Source of the DNA: Dehalococcoidia bacterium
Lineage (GTDB): Bacteria > Chloroflexota > Dehalococcoidia > Plut-88900
Length of the DNA stretch: 64,000 nucleotides
Assembly: GCA_965197585.1 (NCBI GenBank)
Contig: OZ240215.1
Span: 1,376,642-1,440,641 of the forward strand
Reading direction: 5' to 3'
Below the pieces are notes generated by a model. It saw nothing but the letters and a program-made list of their open reading frames with translations, did no database searches and was not told the origin of the DNA. Made by a program: the position numbers and the translations under genes. Shown here in pieces: positions 56,854 to 64,000 of the stretch (positions within the stretch are counted from its first letter, which is position 1; every line of letters starts with the position of its first letter).

Positions 56854-57963
56854 CTATGCGATATCCAGCCTGTCCTTCACCCACTGGTTAAACCGGAGCA
56901 CGTGAGGCTCCGCCGGCCCGAGCACTCCCTGCTTGTGGGCCCTTGAGCGAATTCCCTGGTGGGCAAGCTCACACACCCCGAAGTCCTGCTTATTGAACAG
57001 GTCCCAGAAGTCAATGGTGTCGCTGCCATCGAAGTTTGGACTGTCCACCTGCTCCGCATCGAAGAAGAACTCGTTGGTTATCTTCGTCCTGTTTGGCCCA
57101 TCCGGCCACATCACAATGGTCACTACGGATTCAGGCTGGAATGCCAGGACCACATTCGGATACAGGGATATGCTCCTGAAAAGTCCCATGTCCTCTTCGA
57201 TAAGGCCCTTTAGCATCGGGCGATTCGTCCTGCCATCGGCAGTCATGGTCGCCCTTTCATCCAGGAACCGCGTTCCCATTATTGAATCCCGGCCCGTCAG
57301 GCCGGTCTTGTATATCGGCACCACTTCGCACAGTTCCGGATGGACACTCGGGCAGTGGCCGCACTCGCTGGCATTCTCCCAGATCTCTTTCCAGTTGGAC
57401 TTTACATCATAGTGAAACACGTGCCCCGACTTAAGGCTCCCCAATCCGTACCTGGCCAGAATAGGGTTAAGGTCTCCAAAATCTGCCATAAAGGGCTCGG
57501 GATTGGGATCCAGGTTGATGAAAATCAGCCCCTGCCAGACCTCAACCGGCACACGATAGAGGGGGTAATTCCCCTTGGGCAGGTCGTCCATATACATCTC
57601 TTTCGGAATCGCGACAAGGTCCCCGTTCATGCCGTAAGTCCAGCCGTGGTATCCGCAAGTCAGCGCCCCACCCGGCGCCCGACCGGCTTCTTGTGTGCAA
57701 ATTCTCGATCCACGGTGTCGGCAAACGTTGTAGAAGGCATGGACCTGCATGTCCCGGTCTCGGGTAATGACGATGCTCTCGTCGCAGATGGTGCGGACAA
57801 CATAGTCGCCGGGTTCCGGCAAGTTACTGTCGTGGGCCACAAAGAGCCACGACTTGTAGAAGATGCGCTCTTTCTCAAGCTCGTAGATGTCGGGGCCCCA
57901 GTAGTAGCGGCTTGGAAGCGTCTTCCCTATCTCGGACGATTCCCTGACTATCTGACCTACCAT
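56854..57963 (-). CDS. Rieske [2Fe-2S] aromatic-ring-hydroxylating oxygenase alpha subunit
   Basis: Rieske motif CRHRGSRIC...CGYHGW and a catalytic-domain His region (ECGHCPSVHPE). Confidence 0.88.
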   Translation of the reverse strand: MVGQIVRESSEIGKTLPSRYYWGPDIYELEKERIFYKSWLFVAHDSNLPEPGDYVVRTICDESIVITRDRDMQVHAFYNVCRHRGSRICTQEAGRAPGGALTCGYHGWTYGMNGDLVAIPKEMYMDDLPKGNYPLYRVPVEVWQGLIFINLDPNPEPFMADFGDLNPILARYGLGSLKSGHVFHYDVKSNWKEIWENASECGHCPSVHPELCEVVPIYKTGLTGRDSIMGTRFLDERATMTADGRTNRPMLKGLIEEDMGLFRSISLYPNVVLAFQPESVVTIVMWPDGPNRTKITNEFFFDAEQVDSPNFDGSDTIDFWDLFNKQDFGVCELAHQGIRSRAHKQGVLGPAEPHVLRFNQWVKDRLDIA

Positions 57964-57988
57964 AGCGATTCCTCCGTGTGAACCCGGT

Positions 57989-58828
57989 TCACAGTAAAAC
58001 TCGCTCCAGGACTACATCGCTTCCCACTCGGGCCCCGGTCCGGGCCGCCGCATTGCCGTTTCGCTCCGCTATCTCCACGTATCCCGCGCTGCCTACTAGA
58101 GGGAATAGGTCTTCTCCCTCGGCAAAAGTACGTGCAAGAGCACTGATGGGAAGTTTGTCAACCATAGCCCTCACTGCGCCTTCAGGCAACTGGTCTGCGC
58201 GTATGCTTGTTATGAGGTTGCCATACCTGTCCACGTGCACCACCTCGCCTACTACCCTACCCTGTTCATCGACCTTAGCCGAAGGCCGAGGAAAGGCCAG
58301 CACCGACGTAATCGGCTCACCCATGTCTGCAATCTCAACATCCGGCAGTTGGGACGCGACCGGGGCGAAGATGTCCCGGCCGTGGAAGGTGTTGCTTACT
58401 TCCAGAAGCCAATAACGTGAATCCGTCAACCGGACACCCTCGAAACCCTCTGGTAGGGGACACGGGTGGGCTTGATCGTCATCTTCGGACACCGGCGCCT
58501 CGTCTTCAGTCCAGACATCGGCTAGTACGTGGCTGAAAACGCCGTTGTCCGGGCCTACGAAGAACTGGCCCATCCCGCTGAGGCACAGCGCATTTCGCTC
58601 AGTCCCAACCCCGGGGTCAACCACCACAAGATGGACGGTATCCTTGGGAAAGTACTTGTACGACATCCCCAGGACGAAAGCCGCGCTCTTCACGTTGCCG
58701 GGCTCAATATCGTGGGTTATGTCTACTATCTGGGCCTGCGGGCTGATCGCCAGAACAACACCCTTCATCATGCCGACGTAGCCGTCGCTCAGCCCGAAGT
58801 CCGTGATCAGCGTTACTATCGAGGCCAA
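57989..58828 (-). CDS. SAM hydrolase / SAM-dependent halogenase-family protein (DUF62)
   Basis: VTLITDFGLSDGYVGMMKGV..., VVDPGVGT..., VGPDNG..., FHGRDIFAP motifs. Confidence 0.85.
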   Translation of the reverse strand: MASIVTLITDFGLSDGYVGMMKGVVLAISPQAQIVDITHDIEPGNVKSAAFVLGMSYKYFPKDTVHLVVVDPGVGTERNALCLSGMGQFFVGPDNGVFSHVLADVWTEDEAPVSEDDDQAHPCPLPEGFEGVRLTDSRYWLLEVSNTFHGRDIFAPVASQLPDVEIADMGEPITSVLAFPRPSAKVDEQGRVVGEVVHVDRYGNLITSIRADQLPEGAVRAMVDKLPISALARTFAEGEDLFPLVGSAGYVEIAERNGNAAARTGARVGSDVVLERVLL

Positions 58829-58883
58829 TTGATTAGCGCAGTTACTGCTCGATGACTAGTTCGGGCCGAGGGACGCGGGCCTG

Positions 58884-59099
58884 TCAGGAAAAGCGCACAC
58901 TGAGAAATGAGATGAGGATAAATACGGCGATCAGGCCGATGGTAACCTGAAAAAGGGTCTTCTCCAACCCGCGGCGTGTGCGGAAACCCGTGCTGGCCCC
59001 GCCGAACACTCCACCCATCCCTTGCCCCTTCACCTGGAGCAGGATCACCGCAACCAGGGCCACCGAAATAATTATCTGGACTACGTTTAGCAATGACAT
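58884..59099 (-). CDS. secG: Preprotein translocase subunit SecG
   Basis: 71 aa with two TM helices and the central motif LLQVKGQGMGGVFGG. Confidence 0.85.
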   Translation of the reverse strand: MSLLNVVQIIISVALVAVILLQVKGQGMGGVFGGASTGFRTRRGLEKTLFQVTIGLIAVFILISFLSVRFS

Positions 59100-59134
59100 G
59101 TAGATAACGCCTTACGATCTCGCCCATTCGCGGG

Positions 59135-60649
59135 CTATTTCATACGCTCCCTGAGAAGCTCGTTCACTTTTGCCGGGTTCGCTTTGCCCCGGGTCGCCTT
59201 CATAACCTGGCCTACCAGGAATCCAATCGCTCGGGCGTTCCCTGCCGCAAAGTCAGCCACCGCTTGCGGATTTTGAGCCAGCGCCTCATCAACCACTGCG
59301 GATATTTCCCCTGAATCCGTAATCTGCACCAGTCCCCTATCCTTAACGATGTCCGAAGCAGCCTTGCCGGTCTCGTACATCTCCTGGAATACGTCCTTGG
59401 CCATCTTCCCGGAAAGGGTGCTGTCATCTACCAGGTCGATTAGCTTAGAAAGGCCTGAGGGAGAAATCTTGGCTTGGCCTATGTCTTCTCCGGCAGCGTT
59501 AAGGTGCTGTGAGAAGTCTCCCAGCAGCCACACCCCCACGTCCCGTGCCCTCTTCCCCGCTTTGCCATTCTTGCTTTCGTTACTGCAAGCGACAGCCTCT
59601 TCGAAGAAGTCAGCCATCGCCTTGTTGTTGACCAGGGTATCGGCGTCCTTGGGCTGAAGGCCAAAATCCGAGATGAATCTCTCGACACGGGCTTCCGGCA
59701 GCTCCGGGAGCCGAGCCCTGATTTCATCGACCCAGGCAGGGTCGATTTTCATTGCAGGTAGGTCGGGTTCCGGGAAGTACCTGTAGTCGTGGGCGTATTC
59801 CTTGCTCCGCTGGGACACCGTGATTCCCTTGTCTTCCACCCAACCCCGGGTCTCCTGGTGAATCGGAAGCCCTTCCGAAGTGGCCCGCACCTGCCGTTCG
59901 AACTCGTATCTGAGAGCTCGATACACGGCGCGAAAGCTGTTCATGTTCTTAACTTCGACCTTCGATTGAAGGCCGGTCGAGCCCCGGGGCCTTATGCTAA
60001 TGTTGGCGTCGCAGCGGAAGCTGCCTTCTTCCATGTTGCCCGTCGAAACGCCCAGATATTGCAAAATGGTGCGCAGCTTTACGAGGTACTGACGCGCTTC
60101 TTCGGCTGAACGCAGGTCGGGCTCCCCGACTATCTCCATGAGCGGCGTGCCTGACCGGTTCACGTCCACCCGAGACCAGCGCTCACCGCCATCCCCATCC
60201 ACGTGCATTAGTTTCGCCGTGTCTTCTTCAAGGTGCACCCTGGTCAGCCTCGCGTTCCTGATTCCATCCTCAGCCTCCACGGACAGCCAGCCACCCCCGC
60301 AAAGAGGCATGTCGAACTGGGAAATCTGGTATCCCTTCATCAGGTCCGGGTAGGGATAGTTCTTCCGGTCGAACTTCGTATGCTCGGCAATGGTGCTGTT
60401 GAGTGCAAGACCGGTCATGATTGCGTATTCCACCGCCTTGCGATTAATGACAGGAAGGGTTCCCGGCATCCCGAGACATACGGGGCAGACCCGGGAGTTG
60501 GGATCGGTGTCCGTGTAGGCTGACGCGCAGCCACAGAACATCTTGCTCCGGGTCTTGAGTTGGGAGTGTACTTCCAGTCCGATTACTGCCTCAAACTTAT
60601 CGAGAGGCAGGTCTTTAGTCTGGACAGTGGCCGTTTTGGTAGTAGTCAA
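59135..60649 (-). CDS. gatB: Asp-tRNA(Asn)/Glu-tRNA(Gln) amidotransferase subunit B
   Basis: VIGLEVHSQLKTRSKMFCGC..., DANISIRP..., EVKNMNSF..., C-terminal GatB_Yqey domain. Confidence 0.95.
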   Translation of the reverse strand: MTTTKTATVQTKDLPLDKFEAVIGLEVHSQLKTRSKMFCGCASAYTDTDPNSRVCPVCLGMPGTLPVINRKAVEYAIMTGLALNSTIAEHTKFDRKNYPYPDLMKGYQISQFDMPLCGGGWLSVEAEDGIRNARLTRVHLEEDTAKLMHVDGDGGERWSRVDVNRSGTPLMEIVGEPDLRSAEEARQYLVKLRTILQYLGVSTGNMEEGSFRCDANISIRPRGSTGLQSKVEVKNMNSFRAVYRALRYEFERQVRATSEGLPIHQETRGWVEDKGITVSQRSKEYAHDYRYFPEPDLPAMKIDPAWVDEIRARLPELPEARVERFISDFGLQPKDADTLVNNKAMADFFEEAVACSNESKNGKAGKRARDVGVWLLGDFSQHLNAAGEDIGQAKISPSGLSKLIDLVDDSTLSGKMAKDVFQEMYETGKAASDIVKDRGLVQITDSGEISAVVDEALAQNPQAVADFAAGNARAIGFLVGQVMKATRGKANPAKVNELLRERMK

Positions 60650-60679
60650 CGTCTATCTGGGTATGAAACTTGTTAATTC

Positions 60680-60708
60680 AGTATAGCATCGGCCCCCGAC
60701 CCTAACAA
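60680..60708 (-). promoter_or_regulatory. sigma70-like promoter upstream of gatB (TTGTTA-17-TATACT)
   Basis: On the minus strand, -35 is at 60708-60703 and -10 at 60685-60680, with a 17-nt spacer. Confidence 0.4.
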
Positions 60709-60742
60709 CGCGCATAGTCCCGCACCCTACCTGGGACTGGCC

Positions 60743-61351
60743 TCAACTCTTCCACGCCCCGTCTCCGATAAGCGGGACGAAACGACACTGGGCCAACCCC
60801 TTGACCCTGGGCTTGCTCTTTCGCCTTTCAATGAGTTTCAGGTCCTGCACCTCCCTGTCACCGACGGGGAGCACCATCTTCCCACCCACCGCCAGCTGCT
60901 CCATCAGCACATCCGGTATCCGCGGCGCCGCCGCCGACACCACAATCGCATCATACGGCGCAAGCTCCGGGTACCCCAATTGCCCTTCCACCCACTCCAC
61001 CCGGACGTTGCTGAACCCAAGTTGATCCAATCGCACACGGGCATCCCGCGCCAGTTCCGGCACCCGTTCCACTGTCACCACTCTAGCCGACAGCTGTGCC
61101 AGCAGGGCCGTCTGGTACCCGCTCCCCGTCCCAACCTCCAGCACTGACTCGTTTCCATTTAGAGACAATGCTTGCAGCATCAGGGCCACTATGTATGGCT
61201 GGGATATGGTCTGACCGAAGCCTATGGGCAGCGGGTGGTCCCTATAGACGAACTCACGCGAGACCATCGGTACGAATGCTTCCCGGGGAGTGCGGGCAAA
61301 GGCGTCGAGGACTCTTCGGTCTTTTATTCTGGAGGCGAGGTCGTTCATCAT
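60743..61351 (-). CDS. pcm: Protein-L-isoaspartate O-methyltransferase
   Basis: RVLDAFARTPREAFVP, QTISQPYIVA and VLEVGTGSGYQTA motifs. The ATG at 61351 gives a typical length. The maximal ORF extends to 61435. Confidence 0.9.
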   Translation of the reverse strand: MMNDLASRIKDRRVLDAFARTPREAFVPMVSREFVYRDHPLPIGFGQTISQPYIVALMLQALSLNGNESVLEVGTGSGYQTALLAQLSARVVTVERVPELARDARVRLDQLGFSNVRVEWVEGQLGYPELAPYDAIVVSAAAPRIPDVLMEQLAVGGKMVLPVGDREVQDLKLIERRKSKPRVKGLAQCRFVPLIGDGAWKS

Positions 61352-61454
61352 CCCTTGTTGGGCGATGTCCAATGCACCCCAGTCCCCATTTTGAGCCACG
61401 TTTACCTCACCCCCTGGCCCGAGTCGGTGATTCAATTAGAGTGTACCAACGCAG

Positions 61455-62264
61455 GTGCGTCTCCGCACCGGTGCTATAATCTCGAGACCCATCCCGTACA
61501 GGAGTGTCGATATCGAGCCGGAGAGAATTAAGTCCATCCTGGAGCAGGTTAAGGGCGGGTCCTTGAGCGTTGACGAAGCATTCGAGGGGCTCCGATTTCT
61601 GCCCTACCAAGACTTGGGATTCGCCAAGATAGACCATCATCGGAGCCTCCGCAAAGGTGTCCCGGAAGTGGTCTTTGGCGAGGGTAAGACCGTCCCGCAG
61701 ATCACGGCCATCACCAAGGAGCTCGCCGACCAGGCTGGCCGGTTCATGGTTACCCGCACCTCACCGGAAACCTTTGAGGCCGTGTCCAAGCAGATCCCCG
61801 ACACTCGATACAACGAGCCCGCAAGGATAATCTGGCTTGACCGCCGAGAGAACATCGCCCTTAAACAGGGAGTGACGATAGTCACCGCAGGCACCGCCGA
61901 CCTCCCCGTCGCTGAAGAAGCAGCCGTCACCTGCCGAATCATGGGCCACGACCCCCTCACCCTCTACGACGTCGGTATAGCCGGCATTCACCGGCTGCTG
62001 TCCAACGTTGAACTCCTGCAGAAAGCCAACGTCATCGTGGCCATTGCAGGGATGGAGGGCGCGCTTCCGAGCGTAGTCGGAGGCCTGGTCCAGGCCCCCG
62101 TTATCGCAGTCCCAACAAGCATCGGCTACGGCGTCGGCGTCGGCGGCCTGGGCGCGCTGATGACAATGCTCAACAGTTGCTCCCAAGGCGTGGCCGTGGT
62201 CAATATCGACAACGGTTTCGGGGCCGGGTACCTGGCCGCGATTATCAACCAGACCCGGTCGTGA
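61455..62264 (+). CDS. larB: Nickel-pincer cofactor biosynthesis protein LarB (PurE-like)
   Basis: LSVDEAFEGL...AKIDHHRSLRKGVPEVVFGEGKT...AGTADLPVAEEA...AGMEGALPSVV motifs. GTG start. Confidence 0.85.
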   Translation: MRLRTGAIISRPIPYRSVDIEPERIKSILEQVKGGSLSVDEAFEGLRFLPYQDLGFAKIDHHRSLRKGVPEVVFGEGKTVPQITAITKELADQAGRFMVTRTSPETFEAVSKQIPDTRYNEPARIIWLDRRENIALKQGVTIVTAGTADLPVAEEAAVTCRIMGHDPLTLYDVGIAGIHRLLSNVELLQKANVIVAIAGMEGALPSVVGGLVQAPVIAVPTSIGYGVGVGGLGALMTMLNSCSQGVAVVNIDNGFGAGYLAAIINQTRS

Positions 62265-62354
62265 TCACGGCGCTCCCCCCAAGGGACCCAACCAAGACCG
62301 CCTTCAGATTCGGTTTTCCCTGAACAGTAATGCGACCGGCGCTTGAGCGCCTCG

Positions 62355-62582
62355 TTATCCGGCCTTGCGGACTTCGAGTACTTCTCCCGGCGCCAGGGCC
62401 ACGCGTCTTACGTTAACGCCAAACTTCAGTAACCAGTACCACAATGTGCCCTTGTTGACTTCCATGTCCTCCGCCATACCGGGCAGCCCCATGCGGTTGT
62501 ACATCTCCGGCAGCAGTTCCTCCAGCGGCCGGTTGTAGCGTTCCTCGACGCGACGCATCAATTTACTCTTGCGAGTAGCCAA
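62355..62582 (-). CDS. Small basic protein, possibly HTH DNA-binding
   Basis: 75-aa ORF with a TTG start 7 nt after GGGAGG. The segment KGTLWYWLLKFGV resembles an HTH recognition helix. No family was recognised. Confidence 0.5.
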   Translation of the reverse strand: MATRKSKLMRRVEERYNRPLEELLPEMYNRMGLPGMAEDMEVNKGTLWYWLLKFGVNVRRVALAPGEVLEVRKAG

Positions 62583-62819
62583 AATAACCTCCCACCTCCT
62601 GAGGTTGGCTTCACTCTAGCATCGCTTTAGAACCTGGTCAAGATTTTGTCACAAATGGTCTAGGTCAGTTACAGTACTGGCTATAGAAACATTCAGAACT
62701 TGATTGAAGCTCAATCCGGGCAGGCTTGTTTACCATCCGGCGTCCATGGCAAAATACCCCCGAGTGGTGACCTATTCCGCCGACTGCCTAACTAGCCAGA
62801 GTACAACGAGCATCGAAGA

Positions 62820-63326
62820 GTGTTAAACAAACAACCGCCTAACCCCATCCTGGCCACCCGCCAGAACCATGCCCTGGAGCACGCTACAATTGCCATTCTC
62901 CTCCAGCGCAGTGGTGTCAATACCAGAATCGCGGGTCGAGCCTCCGCGGGTGGATTCCACCTTTACGGGAACCTGTCCACCCCCGTGGTCGAGGATGCGG
63001 CCCGGGAGGCCCTCCGACGCCTGAGGAACGGTGAGGCAGAATTAGCCCTTTCGCCTTTCTGTGGCACTAACATCGCCGTCGCGGGTATATTGGCCGGGGT
63101 GGCTTCCATCTTGGCTATGGGCTCAGGCAACAGGTTTCTCAACCTGCCCAGAGTCATCCTTGCCACTATGGTAGCGGTGCTGGCCGCCCAGCCGCTGGGC
63201 AAACTGGTGCAGAAGAGGCTGACCACTCACACGGACCTGAGCAGTATGGCAATCACCGCCGTGTCAAAGTCGGGCCTGGGCCCCTGGTCTTCCCACAGAA
63301 TAGACACCGCTTTTACGATAGAATAG
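62820..63326 (+). CDS. Hypothetical membrane-associated protein
   Basis: 168 aa with a GTG start, motifs NHALEHAT and SPFCGTN, and hydrophobic segments. No family was recognised. Confidence 0.5.
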   Translation: MLNKQPPNPILATRQNHALEHATIAILLQRSGVNTRIAGRASAGGFHLYGNLSTPVVEDAAREALRRLRNGEAELALSPFCGTNIAVAGILAGVASILAMGSGNRFLNLPRVILATMVAVLAAQPLGKLVQKRLTTHTDLSSMAITAVSKSGLGPWSSHRIDTAFTIE

Positions 63327-63363
63327 GCCCGGGTGCCGAGCGTCGGGCCACGAGACTGAGTCC

Positions 63364-63439
<76 letters not shown>

Positions 63440-63510
63440 GCCCCCCAGGTCCGCGCTACGCATATCCAAAACCCAAGCTAGTGCAGAGTGAGACGAACAA
63501 GGAGGCTACG

Positions 63511-63834
63511 ATGATCTACGAACTCAGGTCCTACTACGCCGCTCCCGGCAAGATGGACGCCCTTAACAGCAGGTTCCGGGACCACACCTGCGAAATCTTC
63601 GAAAGGCACGGAATGACGGTCGTGGGCTTCTGGACGCCCGAGGGCAAAGAGCAGGAGCTCCTGGTCTACATGCTTGGCTTTGAAGACGCCGAGCACATGA
63701 AGAAGTGCTGGGCATCCTTCGGCGCCGACCCCGAGTGGAATAAGGTCCGCGCCGACAGCGAGGTCGACGGCGAACTCGTATCCAGCCTCGAAAGCTCGGT
63801 TTTCATCCCCACCGACTACTCGGCAATCAAATAG
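63511..63834 (+). CDS. NIPSNAP-family protein
   Basis: MIYELRSYYAAPGKMDALNSRF...VGFWTP... is typical of NIPSNAP. ATG lies 6 nt after AAGGAGG. The longer track ORF (63412) overlaps the tRNA. Confidence 0.8.
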   Translation: MIYELRSYYAAPGKMDALNSRFRDHTCEIFERHGMTVVGFWTPEGKEQELLVYMLGFEDAEHMKKCWASFGADPEWNKVRADSEVDGELVSSLESSVFIPTDYSAIK

Positions 63835-63860
63835 CCCACCGACCGAACAGCGCTAAAGCA

Positions 63861-63897
63861 AGAGAGGGGAGCGGCTCTGCCGCTCCCCTCTCTTTTA
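63861..63897 (+). terminator. Intrinsic terminator
   Basis: Perfect 14-bp stem agagaggggagcgg / ccgctcccctctct with loop ctctg, followed by TTTAT. Confidence 0.8.
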
Positions 63898-63947
63898 TCC
63901 CGTCCGGCAATGGACCCCGGTCGGGTCTAGTTTCGTATCTTGTTTCC

Positions 63948-64000
63948 TACTGGATGTCGGCGAGGAATTCTTCCATTCTCTCAGCCAGGGAGTCCAGGTT
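63948..64000 (-). CDS. 3' end of a minus-strand ORF entering from the right edge
   Basis: Open frame ...NLDSLAERMEEFLADIQ* with the stop at 63948-63950. It is too short to identify. Confidence 0.3.

Overview
High-GC bacterial chromosomal segment with dense coding on both strands. It most resembles a Chloroflexota-type genome: it carries a TIGR03662/TIGR03663 'YYY' membrane pair, alternative complex III, a long Bacillus-type SRP RNA, and LLM, Rieske and amidohydrolase enzymes. Left to right: a rearranged alternative-complex-III (ACIII) cluster with an inserted LLM oxidoreductase. A System I cytochrome c maturation locus split into ccmH-ccmF and ccmABC(D)E by four non-ccm genes. An MDR dehydrogenase, then two paralogous FAD oxidoreductases flanking a GNAT. 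A REP-like repeat patch plus an IS110-family element. mutL-mutS, then an NAD-dependent formate dehydrogenase operon (fdsGBA type). A large membrane glycosylation-like cluster, then ftsY, rnc, cca, DNA repair genes, ispE/rsmA, ispD/ispF/cysS, gatB/secG, pcm, larB and tRNA-Arg(UCU). RNA genes the ORF track cannot show: a 271-nt long-form SRP RNA (minus strand, 51052-51322) with its own near-consensus promoter. Main hunt results: (1) two paralogous, promoter-driven, ORF-free elements of about 600-650 nt (20.7-21.4 kb and 51.4-52.2 kb). They share a conserved 5' domain of about 190 nt, a compensatory hairpin and a conserved long-range helix, and I could not match them to any RNA family I know. (2) A DsbA/GST-kappa-like gene read through an in-frame TGA at the catalytic position, with a correctly spaced SECIS-like hairpin (candidate selenoprotein). 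(3) An in-frame 303-nt tandem duplication that creates a ccmD-ccmE'-ccmD fusion ORF. (4) A CcmE that lacks the heme-binding His. All homology calls rest on motifs read by eye from the translations; no database search was run.
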